Positions 37,301 through 50,492 of a DNA stretch of 64,000 bases are shown here, one piece after another. This stretch comes from the human T2T-CHM13v2.0 reference genome, Homo sapiens: NCBI RefSeq assembly GCF_009914755.1, contig NC_060929.1; one strand, 5' to 3'. The translations under genes were made by a program, and so were the position numbers. The notes under the pieces were generated by a model, which was given only the letters and a program-made list of their open reading frames with translations, had not been told where the DNA came from and searched no databases. Positions within the stretch are counted from its first letter, which is position 1; each line of letters opens with the position of its first letter.

Positions 37301-39094
37301 TTCTCATCTGCACAGGGAACATATTCTAACATTGACCACATGCTTGGTCATAAAGCAAGTCTGGATAAATTTTAAAAAATGAAATCATATCAAGCACACT
37401 CTTAGATCTCAATGTAATCAAAATATAAATAAATACCAACATCTCTCAACACTACACAAATAGATGAAAATTAAACAACTTTCTCCTGAATAACTTCTGT
37501 GTGAAAATCAAAATTAAGGGAGAAATTTTAAGAAAGTGAAATTAATGAAAATGGGAACACAAATTACCAAAATCTCTGGGATGCAGCTAAATCAGTGTTA
37601 AGAGGAACGTTTAAATGCCTTTATCATAAAGTTAGAAATACTTCAAATTAACAATCTAACACTACACCTAAAGGAACTAGGGAAGAAAAAAAAAAGAACA
37701 ACCCTACATCAACGCTAGGAATGAAAAGAAACAACTAAAATAGAGAAGATCTGAATGAAATTGAGATGCAAAAATCCATACAAAAGATTAATGAAACCAA
37801 GAGTTGATTTAAAAAAAGAGATTGATAGACCTTTAGCTAGATAAACAAAGAAAAAAAAGAGAAGATCTAAATATATAAATCAGAATGACAAAAACGACAT
37901 TAAAAATGGTCCCACAGACATACAAAATAATCCTCAGAGAATACTAGGAATAACTCTAGACACAAAAATTAGAAAATCTAGAGGAAATGGATAAATTTCT
38001 GAAAACAGGCAATCTTCCAAGATTGAATCAGGAAGATACTGAAATACTGAAGAGACCAATATGAAGCTCTGAAATTGAATAAGTAATAAAAAATCTACCA
38101 AGCCAAAAAGCCCTGGACTATATGGATTCACAGCAAAATTCTACCGGAAGTATAACGAAGAACTAGTACAATTCTACTGAAACTATTCCAGAAAAGTTGA
38201 AGAGAACGTACTCCTTCCTAACTCACGCTGTGAAGCCAGAAGCAGCTTAATACCAAAACCTGGCAGAGACGCAAAAAAAAAGAACATTCAGGTGACCACT
38301 GTTGACGAACATAGACTCAAAAATTCTCAACAAAGTACTAGCAAACTGAATCCATCAGCAGCATATCAAAAAATTAATCTACTATGACAATACAGGCTTT
38401 ATTCCTGGGATGCATGGCTGGTTCAACATATGCAAATCAATAAATGTGATTCACCAGATAAACAGAATTAAATCAAAAACCATATGATCATCTCAACGGA
38501 TGCCGGAAAAGCTTTCAATTAAATCCAGTGTCCCTTCATGAAAAAACAAAACAAAAAAAAACCCTCAACAGTTGAGGCTTCAAATAAGCATACTTCAAAA
38601 TAAAAAAGAGCTATCTACAACAAACCCACAGCCAATATAATACTCAATGGGCAAAAGCTGAAAGCATTCTCCTTTAGAAATGAAACAAGCCAAGGACATC
38701 CACTCTTACCACTCCTATTCAACATAGTACCAGAAATCCTAGTCAGAGCAATCTTGCAACAGAAAAAGAGAAAAGCACCCAAATAGGAAGTGAAGATTAA
38801 GGCAAACTATCTGTCTTCACCCAACAATATCCTTCTATACCTAAAAAACCTTAAAGACTTCAACAAAAGTCTACTAGAAATGATAAAGGATTTTAGCAAG
38901 GTTTCAGGATACAAAATCAATGTACAACAATTAGTAGCATTTCTATACAACAACAACATCCAGGTTGAGAGTTAAATTAAGAACACAATCATATTTACAA
39001 CACCTAGGATGAAAATAAAATCCCTGCAAATACAACTAACCTAAGATGTGAACGATCTCCACAAGGAGAATTACAAAACACAGCTGAAATCTGA

Positions 39095-39360
39095 AGCTGG
39101 ATGCAGTGGTTCATGCCTTTGGGAGGCCGAGGCAGGTATATCGCTTGGACCCAGGAGTTTTGAGACCAACCTAGGCAACATAGTGGAACCTCATCTATAC
39201 AAATTTTTTTTTTTTTTTTTAAATAGCGAGGCATGGTGGCACATGCCTGTAGTCCTAACTACCCTGACGGCTTGAGGCCAGGAGTTCAAGCCTGCAGTGA
39301 GCTATAATAACTCCACTGCATTCCAGCCTGGGTGAAAGGGTGAGACTCTGTCTCAAAAAA
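39095..39360 (+). mobile_element. AluJ-like nested in the old L1
   Basis: gctggatgcagtggttcatgcc...ccaggagttcaagcctgcagtgagctat...gagactctgtctcaaaaaa, with internal deletions and a T-rich linker. Confidence 0.88.
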
Positions 39361-39514
39361 GGAAGGAAATAAGAAAAGGAAGGAAGGATGGAAGGAAGGG
39401 AGGAAGGGAGGGAGGGAGGGAAGGAAGGGAGGAAGGGAGGGAGGGAGGGAGGGAGGGAAGGAAGGAAGGAAGGAAGGAAGGAAGGAAGGAAGGAAGGAAG
39501 GAAGGAAGGAAGGA
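39361..39514 (+). repeat. GGAA/GGGA polypurine microsatellite (Alu tail-derived)
   Basis: 14 consecutive GGAA at 39456-39511, preceded by GGGA units. Confidence 0.95.
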
Positions 39515-40347
39515 GATTTTGATAACACAAATAAATGGAATAACATTCCATGTTTACAGATTAAAAGAATCAATATGTTAAAATGGCCACACTGCCCAAA
39601 GCAACTTGTAGATTCAAGGCTATCTCCATGAAACTACCAACATCATTCTTCACAGAATTAGAAAAAACTATTCTAAATTTATATGGAACACCCCCAAAAG
39701 CCAGAATGGCCAAAGCAATTCTGAGCAAAAATAATAAAGCCAGAGAGGCGTCATACTACCCAATTTCCAGCTATACTATAAGTGTACACTAACCATGATA
39801 CTGTTACAAAAGCAGACACTTAAGCCAATGGAACAGAATAGAACACTCAAAAATAAAGCTGCACACTTACCACCATCTGGATCGTGGACAAGGCCAACAA
39901 AAACAAACAATGGGGAAAAGGCACCCTATTCAATAAATGGTGCTGGGATAATTCGCTAGCCATAAGCAGAAGAGTGAAACTGGATGCTTACCTTCCACCA
40001 TACACACAAATTAATTCAAGATGGATTAAAGGTTAAAATGTAAGACTTCAGATTATGAAAACTCTAAAACAAAACCTAGGAAATATTTTTCTCGACATTG
40101 GCCTTGGCAAATAATTTTTGGCTAAGTTTCTAAAAACAATTGCAACAAAAACGAAATTGACAAGTGAAAGTCAATCAAACTAAAAGGCTTCTGCACAGCA
40201 ATAGAAACTATCCACAGAGTAAACAGACAACTTACAGAATGGGAGAAAATATTTGCAAACTATGCATCTGATAAAGATCTAATATAACAAATCCATAAGG
40301 AAGAAAAAATGACAAGCATAAAACAACCCCAGTTAAAAAGGGCAAAG

Positions 40348-40651
40348 CTAATACAGGAGCAGAAAATCAAACTCCGCATCTTCTCACTTATAAGTGGGAG
40401 CTGAACAATGGGAACACATGGACACAGGGAGGGGAACAACACACAATGGGGAACAACACACAACACACACTATAATTTTCTGTAGGGGGTTGAGGAGAGG
40501 GAGAGCATCAGGAAAAATAGCTAATGCATGCTGGGCTTAATACCTAGGTGATGGGTTGATAGGTGCAGCAAACCACCACCACACACGTTTATCTATGTAA
40601 CAAAACTGCGCTTCCTGCACATGTACCCCAGAACTTAAAATTTAAATCAAG
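40348..40651 (+). mobile_element. Short L1PA(8-11)-like 3' end nested in the old L1
   Basis: A second L1 3'UTR with tail interrupts the host ORF2; TSD aaaag(g)gcaaag on both sides. Confidence 0.8.
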
Positions 40652-41899
40652 AAAAGGCAAAGGACATGAACAGATATTTTCTCAAAAGAAGACACTCAAG
40701 TATATGAAAAAACACTCATCCTTACTAATCATCAAATAAATAAATGCAAGCAAAAACCACAGTAAGATGCCATCTCACATCAGTCACAACAGCTATAATT
40801 AAAAAGTAAAAAAATTAGATGTTGGCCAGGCTGCAGAGTAAAGGGAATGCTTATACACTACTGTTGATGGAAATGTAAACTGGTTCAGGTACTGTGGAAA
40901 GTATTTTGGAGATTTCTCTAAGAACTTAAAACAGAGATACCCTTCGACCCAGCATTCCCATTACTGGGTATATATTCAAAGGAAAATAAATTATTCTACC
41001 AGAAAAATATACATGCACTCGTACGTTCATCAGCATGTTATTCACAATAGCACAGACATGGAATGAACCTAGGTGCCCATCAAAGGTGGATTGGATAAAG
41101 AAAATGTGGTACATATACACTATGGAATACTATGCCTCCATAAAAAAGAATGAAATTATGTCCTTTGCAGCAACATGGATGGAGCTAAGGACATAATCCT
41201 AAGCAAATTAGTGCTGGAAAAGAAAACCAGATACCACACATTCTCACTTATAAGTGGAACCTAAACACTGAGCACACAGGAACATTAACATGGGAACAAG
41301 ACATGCTGCAGGCTACGGGGGTGGGGGAAAGAGGGGAGCATGGGCTGAATAACTACCTACTGGGTACTATGCTCACTACCAGGGTGCACTGTACAAAAGT
41401 AACAAATCTGCATATGCACTATCTGTGTCTGAAAAAAACTGAAATTATAAAAACCAAGAGAATATGTTTCTAATGAACGTAGACTTTATTTGATGGACTG
41501 GATTAGAATATAATTTTTTTTAAGGGGAAAGGCATTGGGGGATGCACAATGTCTACAGGTTTCTAAACCTCTCTGGTTTCTCACCTAATTCATAGTCTCT
41601 TATGTCATTTTCATAGTTTTCATATTCTGCCTTTCCACCTCTTCTTTTTAACAAGTAAAATTCCTCATAGCATACAAAAAAACAATTTTATAAAAAACCC
41701 ATATTATAGATCAGGGACCTGTGGATTATATGCTATTAGAACTATACAAAATGTCTCTATATAGTTTTCTGTATCTTTGGAATATCTTTGGGTGAAGCTG
41801 CAGACCTTCTCGGTGAGTGTTACAGCTCTGCGCAGAGCCAAACAGTGAGCAGCAGCAAGACTGCAAAGAGCAAAAGAACAAAGCCTCCACACTGTGGAA

Positions 41900-42170
41900 A
41901 GGGACCCTAGCACGTTGCTGTTGCTGGCTCTGGCAGCTGCTTTTATTCCCTTATCTCACCCCACCCACATCCTGATGATCGGTCCATTTCATAGAGAGCT
42001 GATGGGTTCATTTTACAGAGAGCTGCTTGGTCTGTTTACAATCCTTTAGCTAGACACAAAAGTTCTCCAAGTCCCCACCAGATTAGCTAGACACAGAGCA
42101 CTGATTAGTGCGTTCACATACCTTGAGCTAGACACAGCATGCTGATTGGTGCATTTACAATCCTCCAGCT
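41900..42170 (-). promoter_or_regulatory. LTR12 core promoter/enhancer (TATA-like gggaataaaa at 41941-41950; NF-Y CCAAT-type repeats)
   Basis: Motifs seen in the sequence. The role is inferred from known ERV9 LTR architecture; activity is not shown. Confidence 0.5.
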
Positions 42171-42234
42171 AGACGTAGTAAGTTCTCCAAGTACCCACCG
42201 GACTCAGGAGCCCAGCTGGCTTTGCCTAGTGCAT

Positions 42235-42900
42235 CCCGGCCGCGGGCGGAGCTGCCCGCCAGTCTCTGGCGCGCTGCCGCACTCCTCAGCCGTTGGGCGG
42301 TTGACGGGACCGGGTGCCGCGTAGCAGGAGGTGGCGCCCGTCCCCTCGGGGTGGCGCGCGGGAGCCTGCGGTTGGGGGGCGGGGGGCGGGGGGCGGGGGG
42401 CAGGGGACGGGGGCGGGGAGGAGGGTGAGGGCTCCAGCATGGCAGGCTGCAGGTCCCGAGCCCTGCCCCCTTGCCCCGCGGGGAGGTGGCTGAGGCCCAG
42501 CGAAAATTCGAGCGCGGCGCCGGCGGGCCATCACTGTTGGAGGACCCAGTGCACCCTCCGCAGCTGCTGGCCCGGGTGCTAAGCCTCTCACTGCCCAGGG
42601 CCGGCGGCGCCAGCCGACCGCTCAAGAGTGCGGGGCGCGCCGAGCCCGCGCCCACCCGGAAGTCGCGCTGAGCCCGCGCCCACCCGGAAGTCGCGCTGGA
42701 CCTGCGAGCACCGCAGGCAGCCCAGGTTCCGGCCCGCGCCTCTCCCTCCACACCTCCCCGCCAGCAGAGGGAGCCCGCTCAGGCCTCAGCCAGCACAGAG
42801 AGGGGCTCCCACGGTGCAGCTGCGGGCTGAAGGGCTCCTCAAGCGCGGCCAGAGTGGGCTGAGGCCGAGGAGGCGCCGAGAGCCAGCGAGGGATGCCAGC
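42235..42900. other. CpG-island-like GC-rich U3 segment of LTR12
   Basis: Dense CpG (cgcg, ccgg, gcgc) in an otherwise AT-rich window. Confidence 0.8.
42642..42697. repeat. Perfect 28-bp tandem duplication
   Basis: gagcccgcgcccacccggaagtcgcgct x2. Confidence 0.95.
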
Positions 42901-42944
42901 AAGCTGTCACCTCTCAGAAATACAGGAAGAACATCAATAATGTT

Positions 42945-43035
42945 CGAAGTTATAAAGTAGTAGGTTTCTATCAAGAGTAAAACATAAACGAAGTTATAAA
43001 GTAGTAGGTTTCTATCAAGAATAAAACATAAACGA
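42945..43035. repeat. 44-bp tandem duplication (1 mismatch)
   Basis: cgaagttataaagtagtaggtttctatcaaga(g/a)taaaacataaa x2, followed by cga. Confidence 0.95.
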
Positions 43036-43927
43036 TCAAAGAATTCCTTATAAAAACATTTTTTATTTCTAGGAATCAAAACATAAATATAAAATTTGAG
43101 AGTCCACCAAAAAAAATTAGATGCCAGATTTCACTATAATTATCAGGGAAGCGCCCAAATGGGTTGTTTACGGCGCCTCGGGGAAACTTTCTGTTTCGTG
43201 TTAAGGGTCTTGAACCATGATGTTTAGAAAACCATGGGCTGATGCTTTCAGAACCTCTGTGATTTTTGCCTCTGACACTGCATCCAATAGACTAGCATGT
43301 TGATTAGGGAAAGCTAAATTCAATAAAAGACGACTGTAAGTGGGGTCACCACCTTGAGGGGTCATGTTAGAAAAGTAGATGATAAGGTGGTATTGATAGA
43401 GTATTGAAGTCTGGGCTCAAATGGTTGCCCGGGGCCTTTCAAGACCAATGACTGATAAGAATAGGTAATGTTCAGGACATAGAGTTTAGGATTGGGGGAC
43501 ACTGTGAGTTAAGGGCCATGACAGAAGTCTTCATAAGTAAACTGTTAATTGACACAAGCTGCTACCTGCCCAGGTGAGCAATCTGTTGGCCCAGAGGAGA
43601 GTTGCTTACTGACATAAATTGATTTGCAGAAATTTCCTGAAGCAAACAATAAGTTATTTATTGGTTTGCAGCCTTACTTTCCTGAAAAATAATTTTCTGG
43701 AATGAATTGTGAAATCATGTTGACACAGATGGCCTCAGGTTTCAGTTCGGATAATTAAGCTGTGTAAATATAGAAAGTCGAAGGTTTCTGGGTGCTGTTG
43801 ATTCACAGTATGCAACAATGATCATATTACTTTTATTTACTATGAGCTTCAGCTGAAAATCCAAAAGAAACTTTAATTTCAGATATTTAATGAAATCATT
43901 ATAGCTGTGGTAATTTCCTTTAGCTGG

Positions 43928-43981
43928 GTGTGAGTGTGTGATGTGAGCGTGTGATGTGTGTGTGTGTGTGTGTGTGTGTGT
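43928..43981. repeat. (TG)n microsatellite
   Basis: Read directly from the sequence. Confidence 0.9.
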
Positions 43982-44927
43982 ACTCTGGCAGCATATTCCA
44001 AATAATTTCTGTAAAATTTCAGTTTGAAATTAATAGAAGACATATTAAATTGTTTAAACTCTTTGTTATTTAAATTCTATATTACTTTAGTCGATTACTC
44101 TGTATTATTACGGCAAAGCTTTGATATGTTGCCCTGAATTTAAATGAAAAGGCTGTTCGGCCTAAAAACAGGAATATTTTATTACCAAAAAGAATTAACT
44201 ACCATATGTCATTTACAGAAAAGAGTAAATTCTTCAGGGCATAGAAAATACACATTTCCTTCTGTTTGTGTGGAAATAAGCAAAATACCTGTTATAATAG
44301 ATTCCTCACAGAATTTTGTGAAGCTTCAGGTAAACTTGAAAGAGAAAAATTAAAATGCTAGAGTTTCATAATTACAAATTGGGATATAAAAATAGAATAA
44401 TTATTTGAATTTTGTATTTCTCTCCAGGGGATCAAAAGTAATATATAAACTTTTAATAAATATTGATATAGCTTCACGTTGACTCCATATGTGAGCAATT
44501 TGCTTTCTGTTAAATTCACAATTGCATAATTTTTTTCAGGCTGGAATGCACTTGGATGCCAGAGATTTTGATTTCTTCATGTGACATAAGATGATAATAC
44601 ATTCCAAAGTATATATTTTTTCAACTTTGAATATATCTGGTGTATTTGGAGTAATATCTGAGTAAATACACTTATATGTAAGAGAATCAAAGGAACAAGA
44701 TATTATTTTATATCCAAGGAAATTAACACTTAGAACATAAATACGTATTGCATTACTTCATATTAAAGAAATGTTTTACAAAAGAAAATAAAGGAGCTTA
44801 TTTTATAGCCCCATTTCCACAAATAATAGCAAAGGTACATACACATATCTAATGTTTTACACACTCATTATTGTTTCTCTTAAAATTTGTTGCTTATACT
44901 ATTTTAAAAGGCAAGCCTATAGATTGT

Positions 44928-44957
44928 TGTGTGTATATACATATACACACAACATAC

Positions 44958-45013
<56 letters not shown>
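44928..45013. repeat. (TG)n(TA)n compound microsatellite
   Basis: Read directly from the sequence. Confidence 0.9.
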
Positions 45014-47399
45014 CAGCAAGCAAGAGAATGGGCCTCTTCCTACTGAGGTTTAACATTTGCATGTATATGTATATTTTGATTCACATAGACTTATTGTTCT
45101 TTAATTACATGAACAGTGATTCCTGGTTACATTATTGGAAAATGGAAGCAATGCTCAAAGAGCATCACCTAAATTTCCATCATATTTTGCTCTCAATATG
45201 TTTTGTACATCCAAATATATTGTGATTAATCTGCATACATTTTTGCTGTTCTAGGTGACGCTGGTATGAGGCTAGGTAATACACGACCTTAGTCTGCATG
45301 TTGTACTTGTGTAACACACATAATTTTACAGTGCTAACAGGTGCTATAATAACTAACTATAGTTAATGATGAATGAAAGAAGGAAGATGTTAAGATGTTA
45401 GGGAAGGACTCAAAAGATGCAGTGCTTGAGTTAGAATTTTAAGGGAGATTATGCAAAAGCAGTCACTTAAGGTGGGTCGGGATGATCTAGAATGTGGGAA
45501 TGATGTATGCAAAGTCACACAGGAGAGATACAGCATGCATGTTTAGAAAATTGTTGATTACATATGGAAAGTTTGCAGGACTTGCATCCTAGAATGTCAG
45601 GATTTTAAGCTAAGTAGGGTTCAAATTAAATTTTTCACATACTTCGCTGCATTATAATAACTAGTTTATGTTTAACTCATCCACTAAACTAAGTTATTTG
45701 AAAAGAGATGCCAGTGTTCACTCAATCTAGTTGTCTGTCATTAATAATTTAAAAATAATTGAGATTTTAATTTTGGTCTGCTAAGCCTGTTTAATTAAAA
45801 TTTGACATTAAATAAGATTTTACAGGCCTCATTTTTTTTTTCAGTCATCACAGTTTGAATATTAAACATTACTACTTTTATCTCCCTCAGTCAGCATAAA
45901 ACATACTACTTATGGTTTTAATAACCAAATTCAATGAGCACCAACAAAATTTGATGTAACTATTAACTTTGAAATTTTGTTGAAATAGAACTATGCCTTG
46001 GGTATCATTCAAAGCATTTAATTGTTGCAATAAAAAACTTTGAGATAAATTGAAATGATGGACAATATGGGTCGAAAGCAACACTGGCTTGAGGGAATAG
46101 GCTAATGTTTGAGAACAGAATTGTTAAGGACAAGATTGGATGTTTATATTACTTTAGGAAAGACACACTCTAATGGAGTTTAATTCTAAAATGTTTAATA
46201 TTATGAAAATATTATATGTTATATGATCATTATAGAAAATTAAAAATATAAGAACATCAGAAGCAAAATAGTCAAAGTCTACCTAAACCCAATTAGAAGT
46301 GAATACTATTAATCTTGATTTGCATGTTTCTAATCTTATTATTATCAAATTAATAAACAGCTTTCAGATATTCTGCTTCTCCCTGTTACTAGATCAGGAT
46401 AATGTCATTTATGTACAGGCATCTCCTGCTTACTCAGTTCAGCATTGATCAATAAATATTTTAGACTTCTATTCAAAACACTTCCATTTTTCTTTTGCCC
46501 ATATTCTTTTTATTCAGTGCTGCCTGTTTTCAAATACACAACACTTTGTCAAACAAATTCCAACATTAGATTGGATATAGTTGGTATCAGAGTAGTAATA
46601 CACATTGCCATTCCTAATCCTCAGTGCATTGATCCTGAAAATTATTTGTAAGAATAGAAAAATACTGGATATTTCAAATTAAGTCTCATTTTGTTGCTTA
46701 CCCATGAAAGACTGGAATTAACCAACATAACCATTACAAGGTGATTGAGCAAATGAATAGATGGAAAATATTATAGAAACTTTACTGCAGTTCATCAACC
46801 ATTGTGGTCATTAGGCCATAGGAAAATACAGTGTGACAGTACCCCTGTCTTCTTTTCCATTTGTTAAGTCTCATATCCAAGTAACAGTGGGTAGACCTTA
46901 TGAGAACCCAAAGTGAGATAAAAATAATTTTTGGCTTTTCAATGTATCTTATTTGATCTAAGAGGTATTTCCCCGACTTTGATGCAATAATTCTTGTCAC
47001 AAAATTTGACTTTACTGAAGACCGTTTTAAGGATCTTTGCAGCTGACAGCAGTGACTTTTTTACCTCCTACAAAGTTTCAACTGACAGTCTTATTGTCTC
47101 TGACTTTCCCAAATTAATGACATAATTAGTCACCAGGGCTTTGGCTGCTCAATAGGGATTTAGTAAGCAATGAGTCATATGTTGGGGAACACTTCAACAA
47201 ACAAAATGTTGGCAGAGAAAGATGTATGAATCAGCTAGGAAGAAACACTATTCTATCACTGAGGATCTTTCTAATATTAGATATCACAGAAAAATTTTCA
47301 TATAGATTACCATATGAGTGAGCCAAAACCTCTAGGAACAAAAAAGCTTAGTATAATTATAACTCCTTGCCATGATTTAACTTAAAATTTCTTTACTTA

Positions 47400-49250
47400 T
47401 TTAGCAATTCTATAAACAAGAATCATTTCTGTTAAGGATACTAAGGAGAGTGTTCCTATTGAATCAGAACATTTAAAAGAAATAATTGAGGGAACTCACA
47501 CATGTAAAACGTCATTAACCAAACTAAAATAAAATGTGAGGGCATAAACTTAACCAGAAATGTTTAAAACCTATATATAAAAAAAACTAGAAAACACTTC
47601 TGAATGGCACAAATTTGGACTTGAGCACGGGGAAAGAAATTCCATGCTCTTGAAAAAGCCTTAAAATCATAAATGTGCCAGTTCTTTAAATAAACTTATA
47701 TCTTCTGTGTCATAACAAAACGACATTTTCTAGAATTTCTTTTTCCAGATTTAGAAAAATAGACAAATTTACTTGGAGGAATAAAGAAGCAAGAATAGCT
47801 AGAAATATCCTATAAAATCAATGGAATTTGGAGTCAATACAAAATATTAAGCAATTCTTAAAGCTTCTATGATTAAAATGAGTTATAACTACAGATAGAT
47901 GAAGATCATATAGAAAATCAAGACATTGACAGATATGGAAAGGTGGTATATAATGAAAACATTTCAGATCAATGAGGGGGAAATGTTAACCGGAAAAGAA
48001 TATTAAAAAGGCAATGAACTCAATAAGACAACAAGAAGCAAACCACAGAAAAATAACTGGACTGGATTAGAAAGAAAATATTTTAGACACTTCAAAAATA
48101 AAATATTCAAATAACCAATGAACTTATTAAAAGGTTTTTATTTATATTGGTTACCTGAAAAAATAATTCAAACCACAATGAGATGTAAGTACTTGTCATT
48201 CAGAATCCTGAATTTGAAAGGAATATTTTAGAATTCTAAGTTGAAGAGAAAGTGCAAAGTATTGATGAGAATGTTGACTAATTAGAACACTCAAATTGAT
48301 GTTATTGGCATAACTTAGTTCAAATAATTTGGATAAAGATATGTATTAGGCCCCAAAATTCTACTTGTAAAGATGGTTTCTCCAGAAATGCATGCATATA
48401 TATAGCTAAAAAAAATGTGTACTCATGAAAACACTTTTCAGAATAACACCAAAATAACCCCAAACTGTGGCCCAAAAGTGGACTAAAATACTTATAAAGA
48501 GTACAGTAAACAAATAAGTTGTAATATGATCACCTAATAAAATATTAGAGAAATAAATATAAATAGTTTCATTTGCAGGTCATATAGTCAATTCGTCTCA
48601 CAAATATAATATTAAGCAAAAAAATGTGGTTCAAAACACTACACACACTATTTGATTCCTTACTGGTAAAAGTTAGAATAGTGTTATGTTAGGAGGGATG
48701 GGTGGAAATCAGGTGTGTGACTATTACATTTTCTTATTCTGGATGATCATAGTATTTTAAAACTCACTAAGCTTTAAACTTATGTGCATTTACCCATGTG
48801 TATACAATACTTTAATAGAAGCTTCAAATCAATGAGAAAACATGAAACTGTCTGATGGAAAAATAGCTTGAGGAAATGAACAGGTATAGCAGAAAAGAAG
48901 GGCTGCATATAGTTTAAAAACTTGAAGAGATGTTTAATCTCTTTGCAAATAGAAAAACATACGCATTTAAATTGAAATACCATTTTCATGTTCCAAAATT
49001 AAAATTATTAGAAATATGATGGTATACAGTGATGGTAATATGGGAGAAAGGAAACATCCTAGGCAATTTGGCTAAGCTTTTCTGAGAAAGATTTAGGCAA
49101 TATGCCATTAAAAGATTTAATGTGAACAAATGGGAAATTTGCCCACATAAATAAATGGAAAGATACTCTATTTTTCCTAATTTAATCTGAAAATACCTAA
49201 GCCCCTGATATTTTAGAGACATAATTTTCACTGCGATGGTCATAATTTTA
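47400..49250 (+). mobile_element. Highly decayed L1M fragments
   Basis: A-rich with L1-like remnants (attccatgctc, caagaatagc, ttcaaaccacaatgagat, aaatatctcacaaa-like); boundaries are approximate. Confidence 0.45.
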
Positions 49251-49719
49251 AAAGGTTGCATCATCCATTTTTAGTTAACATATATTGTACTAACATCACA
49301 TATCTATGTAACAGAAAAATAGAGTCAACTCATGTAGGGACAGACATGAAAATGACAAATACATATAGAGATAGAAAGGTATCTTGTGCATTATACTGAG
49401 AAAGACAATAGAAATAAACAATTTACATGGGTTGATTTATTTTGATTAAGATATATAAGTGGTTAGATAAATGTTAAATAGGTCAGTATGTAATTACAGA
49501 AAATGACAAATTGTTATGTATGGTACATTTGTAGGCATAACACAGACATTACATTTTGGAAAATTGTGTTCTATGCAACAGTGCCAAGTCTAATGAAAGT
49601 AAGAGGAAGAGGAATTCAGCCAAAGTACCAACCCCTGTTATCCATTCCTTAAGAAAGGAACTTCTTTATACACTCAAAAGAGGGGATTCTTTTTAAATTT
49701 GTTTCCAGAGGGGCATCTG

Positions 49720-49768
<49 letters not shown>

Positions 49769-49880
49769 TTACATTATATTTAAATGTGTGTGCATGATAT
49801 ATATATATACATGTATTTATTTATTTAATATATATGTGTTATCTGGGTCCTATATAGGAACACACACACACACACACACA
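49720..49880. repeat. (CA)n/(TA)n compound repeat
   Basis: Read directly from the sequence. Confidence 0.9.
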
Positions 49881-50176
49881 TTTTGAATCAAACACTCTTT
49901 CGTATAATTTTGGTGACAAATGTATGCAATAAATGAGAATACTTTAACTTTCCAAAAAGCTATTCAAAAGTATAATTTTCAAATAAAATATATGTTTGTA
50001 TGACAACAAATGATTTTTTACAAATAATATATTCTGCATTATCAATCTGCCACTGGTTTTTATTAAATAAAAAAACCTGTAAGTTTGTATGCTCTTAAAA
50101 TACATATAACATTTGTAAGAATAGTTTTTATGTAAAAATAATTATAGTTCACTATAACTATGTTAAAAATAGACAT

Positions 50177-50456
50177 AGCCAGGCAAGTCGCTCATGCCTG
50201 TAACCCAGCACTTTGGTAGGCTGAGGCGGGCAGATCACTTGAGGCCAGGAGTTCAAGACCAGTCTGGCCAACATAGCGAAACCCCATCTCTAATAAAAAT
50301 ACAAAAATTAGCCGGGCATGGTGGCCCATACCTTGTAATGCCAGCTACTCAGGAAGCTGTGGCAGGAAGATTGCTGGAACCCGAGAGGCGGAGTCTGCAG
50401 TGAGACAAGATCATGCCACTGCACTCCAACCTGGGTAACAGAGTGAGACTCTGTCT

Positions 50457-50491
<35 letters not shown>

Positions 50492-50492
50492 G
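50177..50492 (+). mobile_element. AluS-like
   Basis: Full dimer with A/GAAAA tail; TSD aaaaatagaca at 50165-50175 and 50493-50503. Confidence 0.93.

Larger units (their letters stand above)
35045..41455 (+). mobile_element. Near full-length old L1 (L1PB-like) with decayed 5'UTR, ORF1, ORF2 and 3'UTR
   Basis: ORF1-like gaaatatggaattatataaagagaccaaatctacgactcatt. ORF2 start region atgataggatcaaaatctca at about 36728. EN-like ITVGDFNTP and RT-like [12 protein letters not shown]. 3' end gggtactatgctcactacc...aacaaatctgcat. Confidence 0.85.
41790..42916 (-). mobile_element. LTR12 (ERV9; LTR12C/E-like) solo LTR, U5 end apparently truncated
   Basis: Ends gctgtcacctctca, the reverse complement of the LTR12C start TGAGAGGTGACAGC. 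Contains gctagacacag/ctgattggtgcatttacaatc repeats, ttttattccc and the U5-type gtgaagctgcagaccttc. Confidence 0.9.

Noticed and set aside
42040-43035. Short direct repeats as a CRISPR-like array
   Set aside because: These are LTR12 enhancer repeats and two-copy tandem duplications with no spacers or cas genes, in eukaryotic DNA.
42139-43079. Cluster of Pro/Arg/Gly-rich ORFs
   Set aside because: Stop-poor GC-rich LTR12 sequence that is open in many frames on both strands.
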